Shown one piece after another: positions 11,542 through 24,065 of a stretch of 64,000 nucleotides of DNA. Each line of letters opens with the position of its first letter. Within the stretch, counting starts at the first letter, position 1. Position numbers and translations under genes: made by a program. Location of the stretch: assembly GCA_963825865.1 (NCBI GenBank), contig CAWGVG010000048.1:1-64000 (forward strand). The letters run 5' to 3'. The DNA is from an uncultured Nitrososphaeraceae archaeon (lineage in GTDB: Archaea; Thermoproteota; Nitrososphaeria; Nitrososphaerales; Nitrososphaeraceae). Below the pieces are notes generated by a model that saw nothing but the letters and a program-made list of their open reading frames with translations, was not told the DNA's origin and ran no database searches.

Positions 11542-12588
11542 AGATCTCTTGCGTAATTAGGAGCTATAGTCTAACACCCTACTTGTTTTAGCCGTCTTCT
11601 TAGATTGAAATGCTGTCAGACTGTATAACTCTGAAGTTCAGGAGACCGGATATTATATCAGATACGTTATTGTACTTCCTTAATCTGTTTCTAAATTTAG
11701 TACCCATTATTCCAAACTTTTTGATTCTTACATATGGTATGTTCTACTATGATCCTTAGCCTAGAATGATTCTTGTTGTAAGTTCTTTCATCACATGAAA
11801 GCAATGTACCCTTTTTCTTTTTGATACGAAGTACAGACTTTACAGTGGGAAAGTCCTTTTCAATGCCAAGATAACCAAGATCAACTATGTTTTCAACTTG
11901 TGATGGAGTTATAGAATGATTGTGTTTGTAAATGTCATAATCATGTTTTCTTCCACTTCTGTGACCTGTCTTATGCAGTATCAATCCTTCACTGTTTACC
12001 ATCAATTGTGTCTTGACAGTATGTTTCTTCTTTCTACCTGAATAGTAACTCTTCCTTCTTCTTTTGTTCTTAGGTCTTGGAATTTCTTGTTCTGTAGAGT
12101 CTATGAAAGCCTTGAATCCAGGAAAGTACTCTTCTACTTCATCTATAGTTCTTAATCTCCTAGTACGTTTGTATATCTTCTTTGGCAATGGAATACACTC
12201 CTTGATAAGTGGTTCCATCATTGATATATCTCTACAAACATTGCTTTGATCAAGGTCAAACAGAAATCCTGATAATGTATATGTAATGTATAATCTGTAG
12301 TATACTAGAAGCATAACGAATCTTTCTTTAACTTTAAGCTTAAATGGTCTACCAGCACCTATATCCCGTATTCTCGTCCTTGATAGAAGACGTCTTCTTT
12401 CGTGCTCTTCGTAGTTATGTTCAATTTCGTTACAAATGGATTCAAATTCAGATACAGTTACTCCGGTAAATGACCTGAATATCAAAGGTTTCTTACATAA
12501 TTTGCTATAGGACATCAAAGAGCTTGTCAGATAGATATCCTATGTGAAGAGGAATATAGCTCTAAGCTTCTAATTACACAAGAGATCT
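11542..12588 (-). mobile_element. IS element, ISL2/IS5-like (HTH + DDE transposase), copy 1, frameshifted near the 3' end
   Basis: TIRs AGATCTCTTGCGTAATTAG / CTAATTACACAAGAGATCT; 3-bp TSD AGT; transposase motifs IDSTEQ, DLGYLG, RIIVEH. Confidence 0.93.
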
Positions 12589-12665
12589 AGTGTAAATATT
12601 ACTAGTGTATTAAAAAAGTATTGCAGAAATAGAGGATAACAAAATACATATTGTGATCGATAAAA

Positions 12666-12911
12666 ATGACAGTCGTTATCTGGCGCGAAGGATGGTTGAA
12701 GCCACTATGTGACTTTGAGACCGGATCAGAGGTCTGTAAATCGTGTAAGCAGAGCTTTAAAGATATTGATTTTGTCACATCTTGTGAATTTTGCGAAATA
12801 GGAATAATGCACAGCAACTGTGCAGATAATCACATTTTGAACAATCACAAACAAGCTATTATGAAAAAAATAGAATACCAACGAGATAGGCGTCTGCACG
12901 ATTATCAGTAG
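12666..12911 (+). CDS. Small Cys/His-rich Zn-finger protein
   Basis: CKSC...CEFC...HSNC...H. Confidence 0.65.
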   Translation: MTVVIWREGWLKPLCDFETGSEVCKSCKQSFKDIDFVTSCEFCEIGIMHSNCADNHILNNHKQAIMKKIEYQRDRRLHDYQ

Positions 12912-12938
12912 TTCTGAGGAAAGTTCCTCAAAATAGGA

Positions 12939-13130
12939 CATCATCTCCATTCTTCTTTCGAAAAAAGCATCATTGAGCGAGCAATTCAGTATATAAAATA
13001 TAGAACAGAGAATCTTGATGACTATTTTCCTTGTAATGATAAAAATAAATGCAAACTAAAACACGTGACCAGCTGGTTACGCCTATTTGTTGATTATCAT
13101 AATGGACGTGGTTTCTTATGATAACAGGGC
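12939..13130 (+). mobile_element. IS6-family transposase 3' remnant
   Basis: HHLHSSFEKSIIERAIQYIKYRTENLDDYFPC...WLRLFVDYHN, followed by the IR-like TAACAGGGC. Confidence 0.7.
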
Positions 13131-13335
13131 AGTTATGGTGATGGTACTAAGTATGCACGTCTACTTAGTATGATGAAGTACTAATTTGTCATATCATTAG
13201 CTCTACAGAAGCATAGCTGTATGATGATGTACATTTACATCCACTACCTGAAATTTCTCATAATCTTTATCATTGAATTCTTGGATTGGAATATGTTATT
13301 ATCTGATATATATGCCATCAATCTAGTTAAATCAA

Positions 13336-13749
13336 TTGTTGATTATTAACATTGATGGTGCTAGTCGCGGCAACCCTGGATTATCTGGAATCGGAATTGT
13401 AGTGACCAAAGTCAATTTAAAAATAGTAGAATACAAAGAATTTATAGGGGAGAAAACCAACAATCAGGCAGAATATGCTGCTTTGAAAAGAGCTTTGCAA
13501 ATTGCATCCACACTTGATAATGAAATAACGATTTTATCTGACAGCGAACTTGTTGTTAGTCAGAGAAATAATCGCTATAAGGTAAGGAATAAACAACTAA
13601 AAATGATCTCCAGAGAAATTTGTAATTTAGAGACAAGTTTTAAGACTGTTATCTATAAACACATCTCTAGGGAAAAGAATGGATCTGCCGACTTGCTTGC
13701 AAATCAGGCTATCGATGAAAATAATAAATACCAAAATTCTATCAATTAA
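13336..13749 (+). CDS. rnhA: Ribonuclease HI
   Basis: IDGASRGNPG, TNNQAEYAAL, SDSELVV, HISREKN..ADLLAN. Confidence 0.92.
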   Translation: MLIINIDGASRGNPGLSGIGIVVTKVNLKIVEYKEFIGEKTNNQAEYAALKRALQIASTLDNEITILSDSELVVSQRNNRYKVRNKQLKMISREICNLETSFKTVIYKHISREKNGSADLLANQAIDENNKYQNSIN

Positions 13750-14154
13750 ATGTGTGGAGCAGTGAAGATTCAGAGTTAAGCCTGATTTTGTTATTTTTAC
13801 AGCAGATGAGGAGAAGGCATTTGACTGAGCTGCCATTTTACATATCAACGGTTCGTATTTTCCTAAGTTTTGATTGTTCCCATATATGTACCTATATATG
13901 TATATGTCAATAATTTCGATACATATATGCTCTGCTATAATTAGTGTTTTGATCGCAGTCGCCTGCAGCAAAAGGCCTTTTGTATTTATGACGAGGTATT
14001 TGTGCTATAAACTCTTCTTAATTATGAATTCTCTATGTGTTTGTTTTGAAAAACTAGTACTACTATTGCATAGATAGCTACGAATGTCCGAGCTATTATT
14101 AATATGGTATGATGGTAGAATGTTATTTTTATCTATTTTATTGGTTAAATATGT

Positions 14155-15201
14155 AGATCTATTGCGTAATTACGAAAGAAAATCTCTTCATGATGGTCAG
14201 TTTTGCTCTTTTTTTAGAGTGACATCCCACCATTAGTTCGTATTATTCTGAAATTTACCAATCCTGAAACAATGTCAGAAGCATGATCATATCTTCCAAG
14301 CCTGTTTCTAAATTTAGTACCCATTATTCCGAACTTTTTAATTCTGCTTACCGTGTGCTCGACTATTATCCTTAGTTTGGAATACTTTCTATTGTATCTC
14401 TTTTCTCCATCTGAGAGTTCACTTTTCCTTTTTTTTCTAAATGGCAGTACATACTTTACAGTGGGAAAGTCATTCTTAACTCCCAAGTAGCCAAGGTCAA
14501 GGACATTTTCAACTTGCAGCGGAGTTATAGGATGTTTATTTTTGAAAATCTCATAATCATGTATTCTTCCCCGATCATGACCTGTTTTGTGTAGTATGGT
14601 ACCCTCATTGTTTACCATATATTGTGTCTTGATAGTATGCTTCCTCTTTTTGCCAGAGTAGTAGCTCTTCCTTCTCCTTTTGTTCTTTGGCCTTGGTATC
14701 TCCTGTTCGGAAGAATCTATGAAAGCCTTGAAGCCTGGAAAGTACTCCTCAACTTCATCTATGGTTCTAAGCCTTCTTGTACGTTTATACAACTTCTTTG
14801 GCAAGCGGGATACACTGCTTGATAAGTGGTTCTATAATGGATATATCTCTGCAGATATTACTCTGGTCAAGATCAAATAGAAATCCTGATAATGTAAAGG
14901 TAATGTACAGTCTGTAATAGACTAGAAGCATCAAGAATCTTTCTTTGGCTTTCAGCTTGAATGGTCTACCAGCACCAATATCTCTTTTTCTTTTCCTATT
15001 GGAAAGACGCTTTCTTTCATGCTCATCATATTTCGATTCTATTTCTTTAGCAATGACATCAAATTCTGATACAGCCAGTCCAGTAAACGATTTAAATAAC
15101 AACGGCCTTCTTGATAGGCGAGCGTAAGACATCAACTGAGTATGTAATATGAACGATCAATGGAGAATAAAGCTCTAAGCTTTCAATTACGCAAGAGGTC
15201 T
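14155..15201 (-). mobile_element. IS element, ISL2/IS5-like, divergent relative of copy 1, frameshifted
   Basis: TIRs AGATCTATTGCGTAATT / AATTACGCAAGAGGTCT; ATGT on both flanks; transposase split into 14785-15135 and 14214-14804. Confidence 0.92.
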
Positions 15202-15287
15202 ATGTGACTAATCTATAATTTATTATGAATTTGGTATTAAACAAAAACTAAAGATTTATCTAGCGAACAAAGTGATAAAATTTTAAA

Positions 15288-15905
15288 TTGCTAAATAAGA
15301 ATCAATCAAAGATTCCAAGCGCCGTTAAAGATATCGCAATTGTCGTCGTTGGAGTTGCAATTGTCTGGTTAGGTCTACGATTTGCATTTGGAACAAATAA
15401 TCCATTTTATGTAGTGTCTAGTGGGAGCATGGTACCTACTCTCAATGTCAATGATGTGTTGGTTGTCAAAGATGGAAGTAGTTCATTTGGTAATCTCAAG
15501 GTTGGCGATATTATAGTTTTCAATAAACCTGCAGGAGATGACAGAGTAATTGTGCACAGGATTGCAGGGATTTATACTACAACTCAAGGAGAGTCAATTA
15601 TCAGAACTAAGGGTGATGCCAACCCGGGCTCAATTCCCGGAGTTGACTTTCCTATTAGAGTACACGATTATATTGGCAAGGTAGCCTATGTTATCCCAGG
15701 TGTTGGATTAATTACTAAAGTCATCAGTCCTCCAGTAAACTATATTATTATAGCGGTTATTCTTGCAATTCTGTTGTTTAACAGAATGGGCGGCGGAAAG
15801 AAAGATACGGAAACATCATCATCACAATCGTCAATAACAGGAACTACAGATATGTTCTCTTCACCTTCTTCACCAATTTCTCCTCCTCATTGTTTCCTTT
15901 ATTGA
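15288..15905 (+). CDS. Signal peptidase I (Sec11/S26B type)
   Basis: [28 protein letters not shown]. Confidence 0.92.
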   Translation: MLNKNQSKIPSAVKDIAIVVVGVAIVWLGLRFAFGTNNPFYVVSSGSMVPTLNVNDVLVVKDGSSSFGNLKVGDIIVFNKPAGDDRVIVHRIAGIYTTTQGESIIRTKGDANPGSIPGVDFPIRVHDYIGKVAYVIPGVGLITKVISPPVNYIIIAVILAILLFNRMGGGKKDTETSSSQSSITGTTDMFSSPSSPISPPHCFLY

Positions 15906-15912
15906 AGTAACC

Positions 15913-16332
15913 ATGAAATCAAAAACAGAATACCTTACATTTAATACTTCTACACGACGTGCATTCATCAATATCACACCAAAAATTGAAAAAATTGTTG
16001 CAGAAAATGGAATCAAGGAAGGGCTTTGTTTGGTAAATGCAATGCATATCTCAGCCAGCGTTTTCATAAACGATGATGAAAATGGATTGCATGAGGATTT
16101 TGATGAATGGCTTGAAAAGTTGGTACCATATGCTCCTACTGATCAATACAAGCATAATAGAACAGGAGAAGATAATGCAGATGCACATTTAAAGCGACAA
16201 GTGATGGGCCGAGAGGTTGTAGTTGCCATTACAAATGGCAAACTGGATTTTGGTCCATGGGAACAGATATTTTATGGTGAATTTGATGGTCGACGAAACA
16301 AAAGAGTACTTGTCAAGATAATTGGCCAATAG
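15913..16332 (+). CDS. YjbQ/UPF0047 family protein
   Basis: [38 protein letters not shown]. Confidence 0.9.
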   Translation: MKSKTEYLTFNTSTRRAFINITPKIEKIVAENGIKEGLCLVNAMHISASVFINDDENGLHEDFDEWLEKLVPYAPTDQYKHNRTGEDNADAHLKRQVMGREVVVAITNGKLDFGPWEQIFYGEFDGRRNKRVLVKIIGQ

Positions 16333-16552
16333 ACAAAACAAACAAACAAATCTTCTGCTACTAGCATTTTACTTTTTTTGCATATAAACAACAAATACAG
16401 ATAAAATGCTTCTATGGCGTTGTCAACAAGTTATTGGTGTGTCTGTTATGTGAGATTTAAAATAAATAGTTACAAAAACATGCTTATTCCATAGAGTTAT
16501 TTTCATTCTATCGTCAGAGTCTTCAAAGAATCAAATATAACGAGGTTAAATA

Positions 16553-17674
16553 TCACAGGGCGTTAATCTTCTTTACTATGGTTAATACGTCTTCATCAAT
16601 AAGTCTATGGTCTAAACCTACTTTCTGACCATCAAATTTTGCACTCTTTCCCCATACATGTGCGAATCTAAAGTCCCTTACCATATTGCGGTGAATCCTA
16701 TTACATATATCCTCAACAGTACAACCTCTGCTAATAATCATTGGTTCATTGTAGTCTGTTTCTTTACCTTTTGGACGCATGTAAATTCTGATAAAATCCA
16801 GTTTTTTATAGATATCTTCTTTCAATGCATCAATATTTATATTTGCATCAGCAGAGATTGGGATAAAGTTATTTCCAATCTTTGATTGAACCTCTCTTAC
16901 AAAACCTTGGTTTACAAGATCTATTTTGTTCAATACTATAAGCGAAGGGATGTAAACTCTATTACCATATAACACGTCTATTAATTGGTCATCTGTCAAT
17001 CCTGGCTCTCTTATTATGACACGGCCATTATGTATACCATACATACGTAAAATCTCCTTAACCAGATTTTCTGTTATGTTGATTGGAACTTGTATATTTG
17101 TAGAGATTCCGCCAGTCGATGTTTTTTCAACTATGACCTCTGGAGGTTTCTGATCGATCTTGATTCCAATTCCAGATAGTTCTTTCTTTAAAACATCCAA
17201 GTGATGAGGCTGAAATACATCAAGTACAATTAAAACTAAGTCTGCATTTCTAGCTACTGAAAGTACTCTTTTACCAAGACCCTTTCCTGCAGCTGCTCCT
17301 TCTATGATACCTGGCATATCAAGAATCTGGATCTTAGCTCCACGATAATCCAATACTCCCGGAACAGCAGTAAGAGTTGTAAATTGATACGATGCAACTC
17401 TAGATTTGGCATTTGTTAAACAATTAAGAAGTGTAGATTTACCAACACTAGGTAGTCCAATAAGCACAACGCTACCGTCGCCTGCTTTTCTAACATCAAA
17501 TCCGGCGCTTCTAGATCCAGTTGACAATGTTTTATTATGAGTGTTTTCATCTAACTCTCGCTTGAAACGAGCAATTTTGGCTTTTAGAAGGCCAACATGA
17601 AATTCCGTAGCTTTGTTGATCTGTGTCTTGGAAATTTCATCTTGGATAGCCTTTATCTTTTCTGGAATACCCAT
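16553..17674 (-). CDS. DRG (OBG-family) GTPase with TGS domain
   Basis: TQINKATEFHVGLLKAK, GLPSVGKST, FTTL, DMPG, NKID, C-terminal TGS. Confidence 0.95.
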   Translation of the reverse strand: MGIPEKIKAIQDEISKTQINKATEFHVGLLKAKIARFKRELDENTHNKTLSTGSRSAGFDVRKAGDGSVVLIGLPSVGKSTLLNCLTNAKSRVASYQFTTLTAVPGVLDYRGAKIQILDMPGIIEGAAAGKGLGKRVLSVARNADLVLIVLDVFQPHHLDVLKKELSGIGIKIDQKPPEVIVEKTSTGGISTNIQVPINITENLVKEILRMYGIHNGRVIIREPGLTDDQLIDVLYGNRVYIPSLIVLNKIDLVNQGFVREVQSKIGNNFIPISADANINIDALKEDIYKKLDFIRIYMRPKGKETDYNEPMIISRGCTVEDICNRIHRNMVRDFRFAHVWGKSAKFDGQKVGLDHRLIDEDVLTIVKKINAL

Positions 17675-18296
17675 TATGCGATATTATTATAGGTGGTTGA
17701 AATATTTACCTTTTTATGTTCAGGATAATATGGCAATACCAAATGACTTAACATTTTAACAACATAAACTGCTAAAAAGACAGACAAATGGGATACTAAA
17801 AACAAGTATGTACTATTAATTATTACAACTTTGTGCCTTAATTTTCTTCATTTATCAACCTGCAAATAAACGGTTAGAAATATTCATTACTAAATATATA
17901 TCCAATTGTACAGTCACTATATGAAATGCTGGATGATAAACAAAAATCCGACTCTGAAGTGTTGTCTGTTAGCGCCGATGTTTGGGAGCTATGTCAGTAA
18001 CAATACTGGAATATTTACCGGCTGTATGGCACCCAAAAGTTTGACATCTTTTATTCCTTAAGTGCCCTTCTCTGAATCAACCAGATGATAAAAAGGGCTT
18101 CCTTATATATGATGGATAAGGGATTCTAGGGAACTTTTGCATGTAGAAGATGTCATTTTAGGATAGTTTATGACAAAATCATAAACTTTAAAAAGGTTAC
18201 AAAAAGCGATTTTTAAAGTCATGAAATTAGAAAGCAAATAATCACTTAAATTGGGTGATCGTGTAGAAATTTTATTAATTAATCCCAAAAATGAAT

Positions 18297-18581
18297 TTAA
18301 GTTTGTAAATCGTTAATCCAAATATGTTCAACAGCACGTGTAGGGATCAATTCTCTACGTATAACCGAATTTGAACTTTCTTGTTTATAAAATGTAATTG
18401 TAACAAAATCAGACACTACCTGTACATTTATGGTTTCACAATCTTCAGAATTCTTTAGTGCATCAAATTCTTCGATTACTTCTGTGACTGGCTTAGCATA
18501 CGGTCTTATCGTATAAAGAATAATCACATCTTTTACTTCCGCGCCGTGAAATTTGACTATTTTTTTTCTCTCATTGGCCAT
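18297..18581 (-). CDS. Hypothetical protein
   Basis: 94-aa ORF with an upstream TATA-like element. Confidence 0.6.
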   Translation of the reverse strand: MANERKKIVKFHGAEVKDVIILYTIRPYAKPVTEVIEEFDALKNSEDCETINVQVVSDFVTITFYKQESSNSVIRRELIPTRAVEHIWINDLQT

Positions 18582-19106
18582 TGTTTCCTTCTTTGAAATA
18601 TATTTACTAGGTATTTATAATACTTTAATTTTTTATTTGGATATACTCCAAACGTATGTCAGAATGATTACATGCTATATATTGTAGCAAGGGAAGAATT
18701 GAAGTACATATTTAGAATTTAAAAGCATTAACAATAAAAAAAATAAACTTAACCCAAATATTGTTAATTTATATAATAACTAAAGAAAAGCCTAAAAGCT
18801 CATGAAAATTGTTTACTATATAGTCCGCCTCCTAGGAGAGTTTTAATTATGGGCCTAATCTACACTATGTGCATCTTCCTTACTATGCTATAAAAGGATT
18901 GAACTGAAAACTAAACGGATAGGATTGATGCAGACCTATAGATTTGGATATTGTATGGAAAGAGGCTTAGGAGCGGTCTAGATTTTCTACTACTCACTAT
19001 TATCTTGAAGAAATCATAAGACCTTTGAAGTAATCAGCTATAGATTTGATAAGTCAGAAATAGGTTTTACTAAAATAGATATTACCTTACTGTGCTGTAC
19101 TTAAAA

Positions 19107-19361
19107 ATGATAGAAGAACAGCAACAACTAAACAAAATGACACGAAAAATATCATCATCATATCAGAACGTAATATCAAAGCTCATCGAAGATTGCAAAA
19201 AAGAACCAAATAAGGATAAGAGAATCGAGATCCTAAATCGTATAAACTCAAACCTTCTAAAACCAGATCAACTAAAGCTGACATTATTATCATCACATCT
19301 TACAAATGATAATATTGATAAACTATTACACATGCTAAAAGGGAAGCTGCTACTAGTTTAA
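19107..19361 (+). CDS. Hypothetical protein
   Basis: Short helical ORF. Confidence 0.4.
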   Translation: MIEEQQQLNKMTRKISSSYQNVISKLIEDCKKEPNKDKRIEILNRINSNLLKPDQLKLTLLSSHLTNDNIDKLLHMLKGKLLLV

Positions 19362-19615
19362 ATTGAATGCTGTACGATGGGATATACCTTCCTCTTAGAT
19401 ATGTAGATGAAGAAAAAAAGATCTCCATATACAGAAAGTTAGCCCTTGTATAACAGAAATCTGTTATATTAAATTAAAAGAGTAAATACAGATACCTACT
19501 TCTGATCTTGGTAGAAAAAATAAAGGAAAAGAAACTAGATGATGATATATATATATATATATATATCCAACAAGAACAAATACCGATGTATTATTATTTT
19601 TTAATGATTCATAGA

Positions 19616-19858
19616 TTAGCAACAGCATGTAACAACCGACAAACCTGAAACACAACTACTAACTGCTGCTACTGTTGCCATACCTATTGAAGCTTTCTTT
19701 GCTGAGAATCTTTCTTTGTCCTTACCTAGTACCTCATGGTTATGAATTGACTTTTCATTTTCCTTTTTGCAACTATTACATTTCCAATGGATGGCTTCAT
19801 TGCAGCCAGGACAATATTCAAAGCCAACCATCTCTTGTCCACATGCTCTACATAACAT
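19616..19858 (-). CDS. Small Zn-ribbon protein
   Basis: CRAC, CPGC and CNSC motifs. Confidence 0.6.
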   Translation of the reverse strand: MLCRACGQEMVGFEYCPGCNEAIHWKCNSCKKENEKSIHNHEVLGKDKERFSAKKASIGMATVAAVSSCVSGLSVVTCCC

Positions 19859-20625
19859 TGATAAAGTGTTTTCTGTTTATTCATTTTTAAAGATTATGAT
19901 GGAAATGTTATGATGATAATAGCCACAACCACAACATTCTACGCTCTTCGTCCTCTTCCTTCTGCAAACGTGATAATAGTGTTTTATTGAGACTTGTTTT
20001 TGTTTCTTTCATTCACTCTCTTTTCTAGGTGTATAACCCATACTGGGTCATAGTATTCTTCTATTGTTGTGCAAGTTTACATTGTAGTGTTGAAGTCGGT
20101 CGTAATTAAGCGTCGTTATCAATGTCTGCTCGTCAGGATTTAGAAATAAATTTGATATGGATTTGAGTAAAAAATAAAAAATGGGTCGGGTGGTTAAGTT
20201 GTTATTTTCTCAAATCAAATATATACATGACACAGTACCGATAATATTGAACATCAGATCAACAGCGACAACAACGATAGTTGTTATTTTAATGGTAGCA
20301 ACATTAGTAGTAGTGATGGTCTAAGTGATGCAGGCGTTCGAAATGACAGCTAATGATCTATTTGTATTTCTAGAAAAGGCCTTAGGAGTAGTGTTTGATT
20401 AATAGAGCATAACACTATATGCTGAAAGAGCTACGAGATTATAATATATGTGCTCAGAGTTTTGGCATGAATATGGATAGTTGTCAAATTTCTACTCTTA
20501 ATGTTTAGTGCAATTTAAACCTTGATATATAGATATAAAGGATACCTATTCTTAAGCCTTGTTATTGAAGAATAAAAGCGTCTCAGAACGATAACTTTAT
20601 CTTTTTGATTGTAGTCCATAGTTAT

Positions 20626-20938
20626 ATGGTAGCAAAGACAAAAACTGTCTTTGTAGCGTCAGGCACAACTGCGAGCAGTCATCATTTATGCCACTATGAT
20701 ATTTCTGCTGCTGATAACAATAGTACCAATCAAAGGTTATGCTGCACTGTGTGGCGAACCAAATAAAAGTACTACTTATCTTAGTGGTTATGAGGCGGCT
20801 TAAGAAGATTTCCATTCCGGTCATGGAGAAAATCAAGCGCTGAAAAGTAGCAGTAACCAAGATTATAAGCAGGGTTATAAAGATGGATGGAATGATGCGC
20901 AATACAACGTAAATGTGTTAGAACATTCAGTTTGTTAA
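20626..20938 (+). pseudogene. Small secreted protein with internal stop
   Basis: Signal-like IIYATMIFLLLITIVP, then YLSGYEAA*...YKQGYKDGWNDA. Confidence 0.45.
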
Positions 20939-21209
20939 AGAATTACTATTATTACTATTATTATCATTTATTGAAATGACAAAACAGCATCTGCAGTACA
21001 AAAGAAGTACAAAAGATAGGCTCAATTATACACGTCGGTATGCATATATCCTCAGTAAGGTGATGCTTGAGAACTTGAACTAAATCGCGAGAAAAGAGTA
21101 CATACGATGAAATGCCTTTCTACACTAGAAAAATATACTGGGTATGTATTGAAGAGTATTATTATTTATTGATAATGCATATCCTTGGGAAGTATTATTT
21201 ACTAGTCAT

Positions 21210-22010
21210 TTGAATACACAAAAAGTAGGCAGATATGCAGAGAACAACCAGAACCAGAACAACAACAACAGCAGCAGAAGCTGAAGAAGAAGCGGAGCAG
21301 TAGTAGAGATAGAAAGGAAAATTACACTAGCAACTGAAGGTTTTTCTACCACAAGTAAAATCTCAGAGGCAATCCTGAGAGATAAATCCAAGTTATCCAA
21401 GGAGAACGCATTGACGATATGCGATTATATTATAGCAATGAAGCGGGAAGTCAATCCTAGGTTAAGTTACATAAAATACACAGTTCAATTCCTATATGAA
21501 CTATCCAGATCTGTTGGAATTGCAAAGAAGTTCAACGACATGATGGCAACAAGGGAAGATGTCTTGTTATATTTAGATAAATGCCGCAAGCCAGAGAATG
21601 ATGACCCGCTTCACAAGTGGATTGGAACATATAACATAAAGCGCATCATATTATTTAGATTCTTTAAGTGGCTGCAGTATCCTGATGTTGCCAATCCTGA
21701 CAAAAGAAATGAACTATCAACATCAGAGAGAAAGCCAGAATGCATTCAAGATATTCCCCAGTTGAAGCGAAAAGAGGTAAGTTGTTACAAACCTTCAGAT
21801 CTATGGACACAGGAAGATGACTTACTATTTTTGAAGTGGGTTGCAAACAAGCGCGATAGGTGTTATCATACAATGTCAAGAGATTTATCAGCGAGGCCTC
21901 ATGAAATATTGAACCTAAAGATAAAAGACGTTATATTCAAAAATGCAAATGGCTATCAATATGCTGAAGTTCTAGTTAATGGGAAGACAGGATCAAGGCA
22001 TATCCCGTAA
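21210..22010 (+). pseudogene. Tyrosine recombinase/integrase, C-terminally truncated
   Basis: Core-binding region (FRFFKWL), then DLSARPHEILNLKIKDV (catalytic Arg) and GKTGSR (Lys); ends before HxxR and Tyr; one in-frame stop near 21282. Confidence 0.85.
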
Positions 22011-22321
22011 ATTCTTTGCAATACGGTATCTCTGATTTCAGATATGCCTTTTAATTGATCTACTGTTGATTTGGAATCGCTTCTAATGCGTACGATAAGC
22101 CGTCTTCCTTTCTTCATACTTTTACTTCCTATTCTTCTAAAATGAATATAATTGTCTGCTAAAGCAAAATATATTGCTAGCATCTCCATCCTCTGGACAC
22201 CAAACTTATCATTTTTTAGAGCAGGACGGAGAGGCCTACTGGCTTCAGTATGATAATTATACCATGCAACATATCCAGTTGGTGAGCCATCAACATCTAT
22301 CATCATATTTGACAGATGCAA
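22008..22321 (-). pseudogene. RNase H-fold protein, 3' truncated
   Basis: IDVDGS, MEMLAIYFAL and RSDSKSTVDQL give the D-E-D triad; the frame runs into the antisense strand of the integrase. Confidence 0.65.
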
Positions 22322-22408
22322 ATCTACTCTAAGGTAATTGTACCTTCTATAAGTCGGTGTCCTATATAGAATATTGATTGTTATTGTATGATCCCTATAA
22401 TATAGAGA

Positions 22409-23454
22409 AGATCTCTTGTGTAATTAGAAGCTTAGAGCTATATTCCTCTTCACATAGGATATCTATCTGACAAGCTCTTTGATGTCCTATAGCAAATTAT
22501 GTAAGAAACCTTTGATATTCAGGTCATTTACCGGAGTAACTGTATCTGAATTTGAATCCATTTGTAACGAAATTGAACATAACTACGAAGAGCACGAAAG
22601 AAGACGTCTTCTATCAAGGATGAGAATACGGGATATAGGTGCTGGTAGACCATTTAAGCTTAAAGTTAAAGAAAGATTCGTTATGCTTCTAGTATACTAC
22701 AGATTATACATTACATATACATTATCAGGATTTCTGTTTGACCTTGATCAAAGCAATGTTTGTAGAGATATATCAATGATGGAACCACTTATCAAGGAGT
22801 GTATTCCATTGCCAAAGAAGATATACAAACGTACTAGGAGATTAAGAACTATAGATGAAGTAGAAGAGTACTTTCCTGGATTCAAGGCTTTCATAGACTC
22901 TACAGAACAAGAAATTCCAAGACCTAAGAACAAAAGAAGAAGGAAGAGTTACTATTCAGGTAGAAAGAAGAAACATACTGTCAAGACACAATTGATGGTA
23001 AACAGTGAAGGATTGATACTGCATAAGACAGGTCACAGAAGTGGAAGAAAACATGATTATGACATTTACAAACACAATCATTCTATAACTCCATCACAAG
23101 TTGAAAACATAGTTGATTCTGGTTATCTTGGCATTGAAAAGGACTTTCCCACTGTAAAGTCTGTACTTCGTATCAAAAAGAAAAAGGGTACATTGCTTTC
23201 ATGTGATGAAAGAACTTACAACAAGAATCATTCTAGGCTAAGGATCATAGTAGAACATACCATATGTAAGATCAAAAAGTTTGGAATAATGGGTACTAAA
23301 TTTAGAAACAGATTAAGGAAGTACAATAACGTATCTGATATAATATCCGGTCTCCTGAACTTCAGAGTTATACAGTCTGACAGCATTTCAATCTAAGAAG
23401 ACGGCTAAAACAAGTAGGGTGTTAGACTATAGCTGCTAATTACGCAAGAGATCT
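22409..23454 (+). mobile_element. IS element, ISL2/IS5-like, copy 2 with uninterrupted 305-aa transposase
   Basis: Same TIRs as copy 1 and near-identical sequence; CDS 22479-23396; no matching TSD on its own flanks. Confidence 0.95.
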
Positions 23455-23585
23455 ATTGCTGTTTTTAATTTCATACAATATAAGGCACATTAAACTGCAT
23501 CATCTAAATCTTGATAGTAAGGACGAACAGGCTGTCTCTATGGCGTAGTTGATTTTAAATACAAGCAGGGTATCGTATAAATTAT

Positions 23586-23780
23586 ATGCTAAGGAGCAAA
23601 GGCATATCTTGGTTATGGATAACAGCTATTGCTTTTATTATGACAATAATAACGGTATTGGTAATATTTCCATCGCCTTTTAACTGGATATCTGCTGTTG
23701 CTATAGGTGGGCCTCTATTTGCTATCATATATGGTTTGTATGCATCGAAATACAAATCTAAATGGGTCAAGTTAGCATAA
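23586..23780 (+). CDS. Small membrane protein
   Basis: Two TM helices, 64 aa. Confidence 0.5.
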   Translation: MLRSKGISWLWITAIAFIMTIITVLVIFPSPFNWISAVAIGGPLFAIIYGLYASKYKSKWVKLA

Positions 23781-23783
23781 TGA

Positions 23784-24065
23784 TTGGTAGATAAGAGCAG
23801 ACTTGACAAGCTTTTCGACCAATTTTATAGATTATTAACTTTTTATTCTACTGGTAATTTAGGTAGAAAGGTAGAAGGATCAGCATATGCTTTTGTGGTC
23901 ATAGCATTTCTATTACTGGTCTATAATGATTTTGAAATGATTCAAAGAATAAGCATGTCAATAGAATCAATGTTTTTTAATACTGTGTGGACTGTCTTTA
24001 CTGTCTTAATTATGTTGGGATGTATTGTAGCTGTTAGAATAATATGTACCAGACTTTTTAGATAA
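23784..24065 (+). CDS. Small membrane protein
   Basis: Two TM helices; starts 3 bp after the previous ORF. Confidence 0.45.
   Translation: MVDKSRLDKLFDQFYRLLTFYSTGNLGRKVEGSAYAFVVIAFLLLVYNDFEMIQRISMSIESMFFNTVWTVFTVLIMLGCIVAVRIICTRLFR

Noticed and set aside
19545-19566. (TA)n runs as functional elements
   Set aside because: Simple microsatellites in AT-rich intergenic DNA with no further structure
21282-21284. Stop-codon recoding (in-frame stops in the integrase, the 20.8-kb and the 42.2-kb frames)
   Set aside because: The stops are of all three types and lie in decayed genes; no Sec/Pyl machinery is visible
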